Origin: Camelus ferus
Lineage: Eukaryota
Assembly (NCBI RefSeq): GCF_009834535.1
Contig: NC_045727.1
Location: 11,222,001-11,286,000, forward strand
Length of the DNA: 64,000 nucleotides
Reading direction: 5' to 3'
Positions 13,040-53,188 of this stretch are shown here, piece after piece. Position numbers and translations under genes: made by a program. How positions within the stretch are numbered: the first letter of the stretch is position 1; each line of letters opens with the position of its first letter. The notes beneath the pieces are model-generated. The model did no database searches and was not told where the DNA came from. It saw only the letters and a list, made by a program, of their open reading frames with translations.

Positions 13040-13660
13040 AGCAGATGGGTAGAGGAGCAATATGAAAGGGGTGGCATGCTGGAAAACATGGGCAGTTTCT
13101 TGCAAAGAAATTAAATTTCTCTCCCCACGTGACCAAGCAATCCCTCTACTGGTCAGTATTTACGGTATTTACAGCTATCTACTGGAAATGGAAAGGTGTC
13201 TCTTCACCCAGAGAACTGCAGGCCAGTCTTTGTACCGGCTTTATTCATAATCGTCAAAAACTGGAAACAATCCAAACAGCAGCACATGAGTGGGTCCCCA
13301 GACTGTGGTACCTCCAGGCAGGGAGCCCTCCTCAGTGATGAGAAGGAGCCACTGATACAGTGACCACCTGGGTGAGTCTCACGTGGGTGTGTGGAGCTGA
13401 GTGAGTGACCGGACTTGAAAGGCTCCACACTCTGTGTGGCTCCCCCTATAAGGCAGAGAGAGAGGGCAGGGGCCAAGAACACTGCAGTGCTTGCTAGGGC
13501 TGGGAGTGACCACAAAGTGGCATAAGGGAATTTGGTGCGGGGGTGATGGAAACGTTACTTATCCTGACCGTGTTGGTGGTTGCATGATATTTGTCACAAC
13601 TCGAGGACACTAAAAAGGGTGAATTTTGTGGTATGTAAATCATACCTCAAGAAACTGGAC
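13040..13660 (+). mobile_element. Old LINE-1 3' end fragment
   Basis: gaccaagcaatccctctactgg...tttattcataatcgtcaaaaactggaaacaatccaaa...atacctcaagaaactg are L1ME/L1MC-like 3' motifs. Confidence 0.7.
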
Positions 13661-14294
13661 TGAAAAAGGAAAGAAACAGGGACAGAAGAGAGGGAGGCTG
13701 GGAGTGAGCCCAGGGATGGGGGCCTGGAGGGTTAATGGGGACCCTGCTTCTGACACAGCCTTGGCAGGCACCCCACCCCCAGGACCTCCCCCACTTTCAG
13801 CCTGGGAGCTCTGTCTCTTCTGGTCGGAGGATGTGGTCTCTGGACATCCCTGGACCCTGAAGCTCCAGCCCCCATTGTAGCCCTGTGTCAGGGAATGCCT
13901 GTACCCTTCCCAGAACCCGTTACCCAGACACTGGGGGGAAGGCATTTCCTGCCTGACGTCTTGGCAGTTCCCACTGCCATGGAGACCAGCTTGGAAGCTG
14001 GGAGGGCCTCAGCCTTCTCTGGCTGCTCTGATCCAGCAAGTGGGAGGAAGAGGAGGCCAAGGGTCCAGGAGTAGCTTCAGGGACCCCTCTGGGCTGGGGG
14101 AACCCAGCCCCAAGGGTGGCAGGCAGGGAGCTCCCCTGGGCCCACCCAACTATCACCCACCCGTCACCTCCACACACATACATCTCCTGCAGGGCCCAAC
14201 CCAGAGTAGATCTGAGCCCTGGATCCTTGCTTTATCCAGAAGTTGGGGGTTGGAGGACCAAAGCCCCCACATCTGTCTCCTCTCCTCTGCAGCC

Positions 14295-15765
14295 ATGTTT
14301 ATCACAGTGATGTTTGGGGGTAAGTGGAGTCCCCTGTCCTGGCAGATGGGTGGTGAGGTTCAGTCCCACTGCCTTGGGGGTGGGTGGGGAGGTAGTGTGG
14401 GGAAGGGGGTGCACGTGGGAAGGGGATGGGAGTGTCTGGAGTGAGTGCCTTGAGGTCCTGGGAAATTCACTTGGGTTCCTCAAGGGTGGCCCCTACCCCA
14501 CCCCTACTCCGCTCTCACCACCACTGTTACCTTGGAGCATGTTTTCAAACTGCTCCATTTCTTAGCTGATCAGCGGTCCTCAAGCTCCAGGATGCATGAC
14601 GCACCTGAAGCTCTAGTCACTGCTGCAGATTCTCAACCGTCTGGGGGAGGCAGGGCTAATGCAGGTTGAGGGGGGCTGTCGGGGGCAGGGGGGCTGGAAG
14701 TGGGGCTGAAGTGGGAGTGTAAGGTCCCATGCAGGAAGCATGAGCTGTGCACCCATCACTGATATCTTGGGAGATGGAAGGGAGACATTGCTATTCTGTA
14801 GCTCCCTTCCCTGCTCTGTAGGGAAGAGACAGGAGGGAGGCAGAGGGTCTCAGTTTGGGGGAAAATAGAGGGTCCCATTCACTCACCTCTGCCCTTCCCC
14901 TACAGCTGGCTGCTGGGAGCTGGTGAACCCCTGTTGCAGCCTGGTGACCCTCACTGCCCACCTGAGGCGGAGGGGGCAGGTGCCCCCAGATGGTGAGGGG
15001 GTGGGGAGGGGTGCTGGGAGGACTGGCTGATGGCCCCCAGGCAGGGGTGCCTGCCCTGCCCTGCCTCCCTCTCTGTCCTCCCAGTGACCATCGCCCTCCT
15101 GGCTGAGGACGGGCACCTGGTGAGCCTGGGTGAGGGACTGGAGGAGGAGACTTCCCTGACGCCCTTCGTGGGCAGCCCCCTGCTGCAGGAGCGTGGCACA
15201 TATGTCCTGGTGCAGGTCATCAGTAAGTGGGGCCCAAGACTCCCTGCTGCGGCTATGTTGGAATGTAAGGGTGGGGACAGCAGCTGAAGACTACCCAAGC
15301 CCTGCCCCACCCTCGCTTTGGCCAGGACCTAGCCCTGACTTTCCCATCCAATGCCTTGTCCTGGCCCCAGTCTGGGCCAGCAAGTGGGTTCAGAGTGAGA
15401 GGTGGGGGTGGAGACCACCGAGCCAGCCAGGAAATCAGTCTTCACCCCTCTGCAGAGGGGGAAGGCGCAGCCCCCACCCGCTATGAGTCCATGCTGGAGA
15501 ACCTGGATGACTGGTATCCAGAGCTGGCAGGTGAGTGTCACAGAAGTGCCCCCCAGTGGGGGGGGTGCATCTTCTGGGCAGCCCCATGGGCAGGGCTTCT
15601 TGGGCCTTCCAGAGGAGCTGCGCTGGCTGTCAGGCCTGCCCTCCGTGGGTGATGGCTGGAGGAGGCGCGCAGGCACTCGGCGTGGCCACCAGGAGCAAGG
15701 CCCTCCTTCAAGGCAAAGGGTGGGCTCCCTGCTGTCCAGGACCCACCAGCTGGGCCAGGAGCCAG
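14295..15765 (+). CDS. C22orf15: C22orf15 ortholog, C-terminus unresolved. Exons 14295-14319, 14906-14992, 15085-15222, 15456-15530, 15613-(15719 or 15765)
   Basis: The joined frame reads MFITVMFGAGCWELVNPCCSLVTLTAHLRRRGQVPPDVTIALLAEDGHLVSLGEGLEEETSLTPFVGSPLLQERGTYVLVQVIKGEGAAPTRYESMLENLDDWYPELAEELRWLSGLPSVGDGWRRRAGTRRGHQEQGPPSRQR..., collinear with human MFIKVMFGAGCSVLVN.... All resolved introns are GT-AG, phase 1. Confidence 0.88.
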
Positions 15766-16545
15766 GTAAGGAAACGACAGAGATACCTGAGGGGATGCTC
15801 ACACCCAGAAGTGCAAACCCTTCCCAGGGGAAGATGTGTGTGCTGAGAGGTGGACCCCAACACCAGCCTCCCTTGGACACACATATACCCCCGTGATGGA
15901 ACACACTATACTGGGAGACAGGTCTCCACCATCCGGCTAGAGTCTAAGAGCCCAAGGACAGGAGCATCCTCAGGGTCCAGGAGGCACAGGGGAGGCGCTC
16001 ATTGCAGAGCTGTTGAACAAAATCCCTGTGTGATGGCGTTTGAAGGGCCGGCCCCTCTGTTCTGACGGCCCTGTGACCTGGCACACCACAGCCAAGTGGC
16101 CAAGCTGGACTCAGACCCAAGTGGGTTGGCCATGACCTTTACCTTGTGTTATCAAGCCCGAAGTCCCAGCCGCATTCCTCTTGCAGAATCGGGAATTACT
16201 GGGAAATTGCATCAGCAAGAGGGGGAAGGTCACAGACAATACAAAGCTGCCTCAGACGCCCCTAAGATGTGGGAGCTAAGAAAGGGATCAGAGGCAGAGA
16301 GAAGGGCGTGGAGAGGCCGGGGTCCCTGAGAGGAGACAACATACTCCTCCAGGGATTCCAGCCCCAGGTGTCATACGCCCTTGAGATCACCTGCTGATGC
16401 CTCACCCCCATTTGGACTGCCCGAGACTGATTACAACAGGATTACAAGGTCACCCTCCCAACCCAGGACACCAGCTCACAGTGAAGCATCTTCCCCCACC
16501 CTGCAGACAGTCCAATGACAGAGGACACAGCAGACTTGGGTCTAA

Positions 16546-16561
16546 AATAAACTCTTTTAAT
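16546..16561. terminator. Paired poly(A) signals: AATAAA (+, 16546-16551, C22orf15) and ATTAAA (-, 16561-16556, CHCHD10)
   Basis: The sequence taaAATAAActctTTTAATtgc lies between the convergent 3' ends. Confidence 0.75.
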
Positions 16562-16714
16562 TGCACATTTTCGTCTCGGGTCACCTGGGGGTTGAGAAAC
16601 CCCCTCCTCACTCCTAGTCCCAGCTACACGGGCACAACCTGACGTCATGGTCTGGCTGGTGGTGAAGGAGTGAAGGCGGGTGCAGGGTTGGCCCCTGAAT
16701 CTGCAGCAGTCTCT

Positions 16715-18324
<1,610 letters not shown>

Positions 18325-19959
18325 GGTCAGGGCAGGGGGACCGACGGAGCAGAGTCAGAGACGGCGACGGCGGCAGCGGTTCTGCCTCGGGGACTAATAC
18401 AGTAGCGCTGCGCACAGCCGGTGCAGCGGGGCGGGGCCGAGGCGGGGACTCGCGGACACGCCCCTAGCGGGAGCGCGGCCGGGGGGGCCACGCTGCTCTC
18501 CTGCGGGACCCCAGGACTCTCCCTTCCCTCATCCTCTGGTGTCGGTAACCCTGCTCCCTCACGGCGCCCTCCCGGTGCCCTCCTCGCTCCTGGCTGTGTG
18601 CGCCCTGGAGACACTGGCTGGTGTCGCAGGGCCCCAAGGACGTACGCAGGGACGACGGGCATGGTCCTTCAAAGACCACCGTGGAGCGCAGCGAGCTGTC
18701 CCTATCGGACAGCGCTTGCTGGCTACGGCGTGGCATCAGGGTCGCGGGTGAACTGGGTCGGGATAGAAGCACCCACCCCTCACTTGGCCAGAGGAAGGCA
18801 CGCACGACTGTCCCCGGAACCCCCGCCAGGGGGCGTCCGGACGGGTCTCGGACTCCTTCCCGGCAAAAACGCGACCCGCGCCCTAGGCAGCCCCGGCAGA
18901 GATGAGATGAGCCCCCCCGCGTGGCCCTCCACCCAGCCCGAACCCCTGTCCCACGGATGCAGCGCCAGACCCTGATAGGGTTTGAGCAGCATGTCCCTCC
19001 CAAAGGCGGTGACCTGAGTGCACAGCGGCGTCTGTGCAGGTTGGAATCCTGTGGCTTCGAATTTTACCACCTGGTTCCAGGCCCTGGGCAGGGCAGAGGC
19101 TGGATTTAGGACGCTTCCCAGCCCTTAGGAATTCGAGGTTTTCATGGTCTTTCCTGAGGGACTTCTCAGTGGTCATATCATTACTCTTGGAGGGGAGGAG
19201 CCCTGATTTCTTTACCAACACCGCTATCACTGTCCCTTGTGCCTGTGGGAGGCCTCCTGGCCTCAGGATTGTGGGAAGGATGAAATAGCCCAGAGCAAAA
19301 GGATGGGGGTGGCTCCCAGGTGGGGAAATAAGCCCCTCTGTGAGGAGCGGAGTGAAAGAGAAGGTGGGGAGAAAGGCAACGGCAGTGACTGGCAGGCTTG
19401 GTTATGTCTCTACTGTGTCCCTAACACACAGTACTCACAGCCAGCCTGCGAAGCAGTGCCCTTCCTCCCCTGACTCCCATCTAGGCTGGGCCTCAGTTTT
19501 CTCCTTTCTGAAGTGGGGGTGACCACCCACCCTGAGGTGAGGGGAGCATGTGAAGGGTTGGTCACTCTCTCCTCACATACATGCGGGGGCTGGTCCAACT
19601 TTTGCCCATGCAGTCCCTGCCCACCTGTTCCTGTTTGCCAAACTGGCCCATCCTAGGTTCATCAGGGTCCTCCTCCTAGAGGAAGCCCTCTGTGGCCAGC
19701 CCACCTTGCTGTAACCATGGCTCTGCACTGCGGCCTACAGCGTGGGTAGTTGTCACCTGAGCTCCCAGGACTGGTGGACCACTGTGGTTCCCCAAAGCAT
19801 GACCATGCCCCTCCGGAAGGCACTCAAGACCACTTAAGGTAGTGACACAAGTGAATGTTTTTACTTCATGCATTTTCATGTGCATTAGAAAAAATGTAAA
19901 TGAACTAATCAGATCCATGATTTCTTGACGAATATTGCTAAAATGGGGCCGAAGGAGGT

Positions 19960-20091
19960 ATTTTAATTTTTCTGAGGGGGAGATGATTAGGTTTCTTCAT
20001 TGATTTCCTCTTGGAGGAAGTTAAGAGGGATTCAACCTGAGACCTCGTGGGTGCTGAGCATGCGCTCTACCACTTGAGCTGTACCCTTCCC
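19960..20091 (-). mobile_element. tRNA-Ala-derived SINE (Vic-1-like), diverged
   Basis: gggattcaacctgagacctcgtgggtgctgagcatgcgctctaccacttgagctgtacc, with degenerate flanking duplications (aggtattttaatttt / gggtattttcaattttt). Confidence 0.65.
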
Positions 20092-20850
20092 AGGGTATTT
20101 CAATTTTTAAGTGAGTAACTTTAAAGAAAGATTGCTAACAGTCCAGGTACTAAAAATCACTGCTGTCTTCCCTCTCCTCGCCTCTAGGCGTCTCTGTGGA
20201 GCCTCCTTGGAGAGGCTGTGAAGGCTCCCTGGACTGGGACCCGGAGGCAGGGTTGAGTCAGCCTGATGGTCCTTTCTTCTTAGGCCCAGACTGGGTGCTC
20301 ACAGCCTCACCCTGCAGAAGCTCGGAACCCTGTCCACCCGGACGGGAGCCACTGTCTCTGATCTGGCTCTGCAGTGTTGCCTGTGATGGGGTGGAGCCAG
20401 GTGGTGGGGCTTCCCTCAGTCATCACCAGGATTATATGAGCCCAGAGGATCCCTTCCAGCATGTGGTCAGCTCCCCCTCCTGTTTTCACTGACCGAGGGA
20501 CAGCCTGAGCCCCCAGTACCCGACTCAGACACTGCCCTCCATGGCCTTCTGACTGAACCCTCCCTCCAGCTGACCAAGGAGAGGGCCTCCTGACCCCTCC
20601 ACCTGCCTGCTGGTTTGGAAAAGCCTGATCTGGGCCTTCCCTCTTGGGAGGGGTCTCAGTTTCTTATCTATAAACTGTCTATTGTTTTGTTCCAAGCTGG
20701 GGGGCTGGCCAGGACTTCATAGGCCTCAATTTCCCCTTTCCTGAGACACATTTTAATATCCCTTTCCCCACAGGCTGTGATCACAGGGATCTGAGGCTCT
20801 GAGGAGTGGGGGAACTAGCCTATGGCTGCCGCCACCTGCCACAGGCTAAC

Positions 20851-20863
20851 AGGTCAGAGGTCA
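20851..20863 (+). promoter_or_regulatory. Perfect DR1 nuclear-receptor element (AGGTCA-G-AGGTCA) upstream of MMP11
   Basis: Located 385 nt upstream of the MMP11 ATG. A proximal DR1 retinoic-acid response element is known in the stromelysin-3 promoter. Confidence 0.85.
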
Positions 20864-21183
20864 GTTCACCAAGGAGACCAGCTAGGGATGCATCTCCCAA
20901 AGTTAGGGGTGGATGAGGGGAGGAGTGAAACCCGACTCCTCTCAGACTCCCCATCGCACAGGGGAAACTGAGGCCCGGAGCAGCACGAGCTGGCCAGGGT
21001 CACCCAGCACCAGGCCCCTGAGACCACAGGCCCGGCCCGTCCCGGGGAAGGACCGGATCCGCGGGCCGCCCCCGCCGGGCCAGCCCTCCCCGCCCACCTC
21101 CCCCACCCAGGCCGCCGGCGCGGGGCGAGTGCAGAACAAAAGGCGCGGGGGCGGGGCCGCGCGGGCGGGGGCGGGGCGGAGGC

Positions 21184-21189
21184 TATAAG
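21184..21189 (+). promoter_or_regulatory. MMP11 TATA box in a CpG island with GC boxes
   Basis: TATAAG 52 nt upstream of the ATG, preceded by GGGGCGGGGC repeats at about 21146-21179. Confidence 0.75.
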
Positions 21190-21235
21190 GGGCGGCGGCC
21201 GGCGCGGCCCAGCAGGCCCAGCAGCCCCGGGGCGG

Positions 21236-29978
<8,743 letters not shown>

Positions 29979-30639
29979 CGACAGCTTAGATGTCCTCAGG
30001 GCCCCGACCCCTGCCAGGCCACTGATGGCTAGACTGTGGCCATCTTGGTGGCTGTGGGCACCAGGCACAGCTCGGAGCCGTATCTCCTCAGGGGGGCAGG
30101 GAGGGACTGCAGGAAGGGCCACGCGGGTCGTGGCCACTGCCAGCGACAGTCTCAGACTGGGCAGGGAGGCTTGGGCATTAAGGGTGCAGGTGGCCTTGGG
30201 CTGGCTCTGCCCTACCTGTGCAGGTCATTGTCAAAGCCAACTGCCCCTGGTCTCCGTCCCATCCCTCAGGGTGGGACCTCAGCAGGGCTGGGGGAGCTGG
30301 AGCCCTCACTGTCCCTACTGTGAGGTCCGGCAGGGTGCTGGCACTTGGGTCTCGAGGCCCCATGCCTTTAGCCCTTTACTAAGTCGGCTCCGGAACGGGC
30401 TGCCTTCCAGTTGGTGATTCTAGAAATCTCCAGGATCCAGGCCAAAAGGTCCAGTCAGCTGGGGAGGGAGGTGCTTCTTGTCAGAGACCCCGGGTCCTGG
30501 AGGCCCCAACATACCTCAGTCCTATTGTGGGCTGGATCCCCTCCAGCCCTCAGCCCACACTGGGCCCTCCAAAGCCATGTAAATGTGTACAGTGTGTATA
30601 AAGCCTTTTTTTTGCCTTTTTTTTTAACTGAAGACTGTC

Positions 30640-30645
30640 ATTAAA
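30640..30645 (+). terminator. MMP11 poly(A) signal ATTAAA
   Basis: About 660 nt after the stop codon, following a T-rich tract. Confidence 0.65.
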
Positions 30646-31539
30646 CATGGTCATTTTCTACCTTCCTGCCTGGGGTCTCTCTGTGACTGCAAGGGCAGGA
30701 TAGGGGGAGAGCTGGGCCAGGGAGGTGGGAGGCCTGGCTGGGGACCTGCAGTCCTGGCTCCCACTCCTGCTCCATCTCGTCTGGCTGGATGCCTGGAGTG
30801 GCTTTGTAATCTATTCCCACGTCCCTGGTGGCTGCTCAGATCATCCTCCACTAAGTGGTGGTCACTCTTTCGGATCATGCCACGCCCCAGCCCGTATCCC
30901 ACTGTTCAGGACACAGAACAAAACTCTGTTACCATGGCCCAACCTTCTTAGCTCTACAGGATCTTAGCCTCCACCCGGCCCCACACGCATCTTCTTCATA
31001 GCGGCACTTATCACAGCTGTAGTTTATTAGACAGGACCATGGGAAACTGTCAGCCCTGGGCCGTTTATGACCTACAGCATTCTTCAACGGGTTACATGGC
31101 TTTGTTGCCTTCCTGGGTGTCAGGCCCCATTCCGGCTGTAAGCGCCCCAGGGCAGGGCTGTCTGGTGTCAGTGAACTGGGAATTAAGGAAGGAAGAGAAG
31201 CAGCCCCCCTCCATCATGATGGGCCAGCCAGCGCGAACACCACCTGGGCCTCGGAATCTTGCCAAGCCCAGAGCAGCCGTCCCCGCCAGCCCCCGCCCAG
31301 TGTTGTCATTCTGCCCTTTCCAGCCGCAGAAACAGCTGTGGCCTGGAACTGGGATATCTGTTCCTGCAGCTGCCCTGCGTTCTCTGGGTGGGGAAACTGA
31401 GGCACCGGCACTTTAGGCCTCCTCCCTGCCTTTAGGCCTTGCTTCGTTCCTCCTCCACTGGGCCAAGTTCCAGTCCCAGCTGTGAGGCCGGGAAAGCCGC
31501 TGCCTGAGTCAGGGCCTCCGTGCTATTTCTGTCCGTGAG

Positions 31540-50744
<19,205 letters not shown>

Positions 50745-51025
50745 CCACCTGGTGGCGTTTGGCTCCCACGGAGCATCTGGAAGATTGGACCGACTCTCCT
50801 CCATCTTCTGGAAGGAGGGGACAAGGAGGAGGGCAGCCTGGCTGTCCTGAGGAGCACGGGGCAGGAGCCTCTGGGCCGCCCTCCCCCGGGTTGCCTTCCC
50901 CCGGGTACACATTCCGTTTGCTGAGCCCCAGTCCCCACCGTCCGTCTCTGGTCAGGAAGAGGCCTCATTTGGGTTGTGTTTTGTTTTTGTACAGGAGCCC
51001 CAGGCAGGGCGAGCAACAGTTTTTA

Positions 51026-51031
51026 AATAAA
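51026..51031 (+). terminator. SMARCB1 poly(A) signal AATAAA
   Basis: About 280 nt after the stop codon. A second plus-strand AATAAA lies at 52392-52397. Confidence 0.75.
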
Positions 51032-53054
51032 AGGTGACAGGTCCTGTTCCATTTCTTGAAGTGGTGGCATGAAAGTAAGAAGTGGGGAGGGCACGAGGCA
51101 GGTGGCTGGGCGTGTGGCCACGGCTGGTGGGCAGGCCCCTTGCCCTCCTCCACTGCACATCCTGAGTCAGAGCAGGTCTTCCTCCTCCATGCCAGCTTCC
51201 CACCCACAGGTGCTGGGCAAGTTCTTGCTGTCAGAGGGCAGAGCCGCCTGCTTGTCACCCACAGCCTTGCCCCACCTCTTGGAGCAGCCACAGGTTTTCC
51301 CAAGGGCCCGGGGCTCCGCTGTGTGCAGCTGGCCAGGCCGCTGCTAGCTGGGAGCATTGCTTCCCTGGGCCTTGCAGAGGCCCTGTTCTGTGCAGGGATC
51401 GAGGGCCTGTGCCCAGCTCTTTCAGGTCTAACAGGCGTGCACCACTCTCGCCATGCCCCCAGCCACGTGTGTGAAACACTGGGCCCATCTCCACCCCCGG
51501 CTGGTGCCACGGCCGGGCCAGTTCCTCCCTCCCAGCCGGCTGTGAGGAGTGACGGAGAGCCTGGAGCAGCAAGCCAAGCCTGACGCCGGCTCAGAGGGTG
51601 ATGGGCTGACCCTCCTCCCAGCTCTGCATCCTCTTCTGTAACATGGAAAGGTCCCTCTCTACATGGGACATGCCAGGGTGACATGTGGGTGGGCCTCCTC
51701 ACTGGGCCAGGCACCACCTGGTGAACTGGGCACAGCTGCTGTCTAACTGAAGACCCTGCACCAGGCTGGCCCGCCTTCAGTGCTGGCAGGGCTGAGGGTC
51801 AGGACATAGCAGGGGCCCCACAGCACCCAGAGCCCAGCCCAAGGCCCACGTCGGGCAGGAGCAGAGTGCTGAGGGTTCTCAGTTGTAGGATATGGGGTGA
51901 TATGGGCCTGGCCCTCTGGGCTGGGGGTTCTCGTGAGCACATCCTGAGACATGACAGCTCCCAAGGAGTTTGTACTCCAGCCACTGCCCTCCATCCAGGA
52001 GTGGAACTTGCTGGAGCCCCAGCAAGGGGACAGCTGGGCTTCACTGGAAGGCCTTGAACAAAGAGGAAGAGTCCAAGCCCAGCTGGCCTTGGAGACCAGT
52101 GGGCTCCGCTGCTGAGGTGAGGTGTTCGGTCTATAAGCAGGACAGCCCAAGCCCCACAGCTGGTGGGGTGGGGTGACCCCTGCCTGCCTCAACCCCACTG
52201 GGCCGGCCGGCCACTTGCCTGGGAGCGGCCTGGAGTGGGGCCTTCATACGCCGCCAGCCTGCCCCGCTGTGGACCTGCTGCTGCAGAGGTTTCCCCGTGA
52301 AGTTAAGGTCTGACTCCACAGTGAATATTTGTGTCATCTGTGAATGTGACACCCAGCGTTGGAGGAGCCCTCACACTGCTGCCGACCCAGGAATAAACCA
52401 GCTTGCAGACTGGTCATCTGATGCCCACTTTACAGAGAAAAGTGAGCTGCGGGCCTGATGAGGCTCTGGGTCTGCAGCCAAAACCGGCAGGGGCAGAATT
52501 TGCCGAGGATTCTGCTGGGGTGGAACTTAAGGCTTTGGGGTCATAGAAAGGGTCTGGTCCTCTTTTGACCTGGCCCTTGGGTCCTTGGCCCAGTCCTTTA
52601 GCTGCTTGGCAGGCAGATGAGGCAGAGGCCCACCTGTGGGCTGCTGGAAGGGCAGGAGGGGCCCAGGGAGGCGTCAGCCTGTGGGCACCACAGGCAGGAG
52701 CCCCGCAGACGGCGTGACCGGACAGCCCAGTCCTGGCCCCGCCACCAAGATCTGATGCCCCTCACTGGCTGGCAGGGAGCAGTGGCCAGAGTGGGTGGGA
52801 TTGCCCAGGGCTCCACTGAGGCAGCAGCAGGGTGGGGAAGAGAACCCCGGGTCGGCCACCTGTGAGCTCAGAGCTCTGCTGGGCAACCTTGGGCAGGTTC
52901 TTGACTCATCCTGCCCCTTGCACTTGTTCTGAGAGGGCAAGCCAGGCTTGGTGGCCCTGGGTCGAGGCCAGCAGCACCTGCCCTGTGTGGAAGGGTGTGG
53001 CCGGCCGAGGCAGGAGAGCCAGTGCTATGGGCAGAGAGGCTGCAGGTCAGTGTG

Positions 53055-53060
53055 TTTATT
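53055..53060 (-). terminator. Candidate DERL3 poly(A) signal AATAAA
   Basis: TTTATT on the plus strand, about 130 nt past the DERL3 stop codon. Confidence 0.55.
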
Positions 53061-53188
53061 CGGGGGGACCTGGGTATGGGCTCAGCCTCCATGACAGGTA
53101 GCTGTGCTGCAAGCTGGGGTCAGGGGCTGCAGGCCAGCCCAAGGCTGGGAAAATAGGTCCCTGGGGCTGGCCCTGGCCCTGGGAGGGG

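Noticed and set aside
16640-16647. Perfect CRE TGACGTCA in the CHCHD10 3'UTR (another at 46968-46975 in SMARCB1 intron 7)
   Set aside because: Isolated 8-mers far from any TSS; about one to two are expected by chance in 64 kb.
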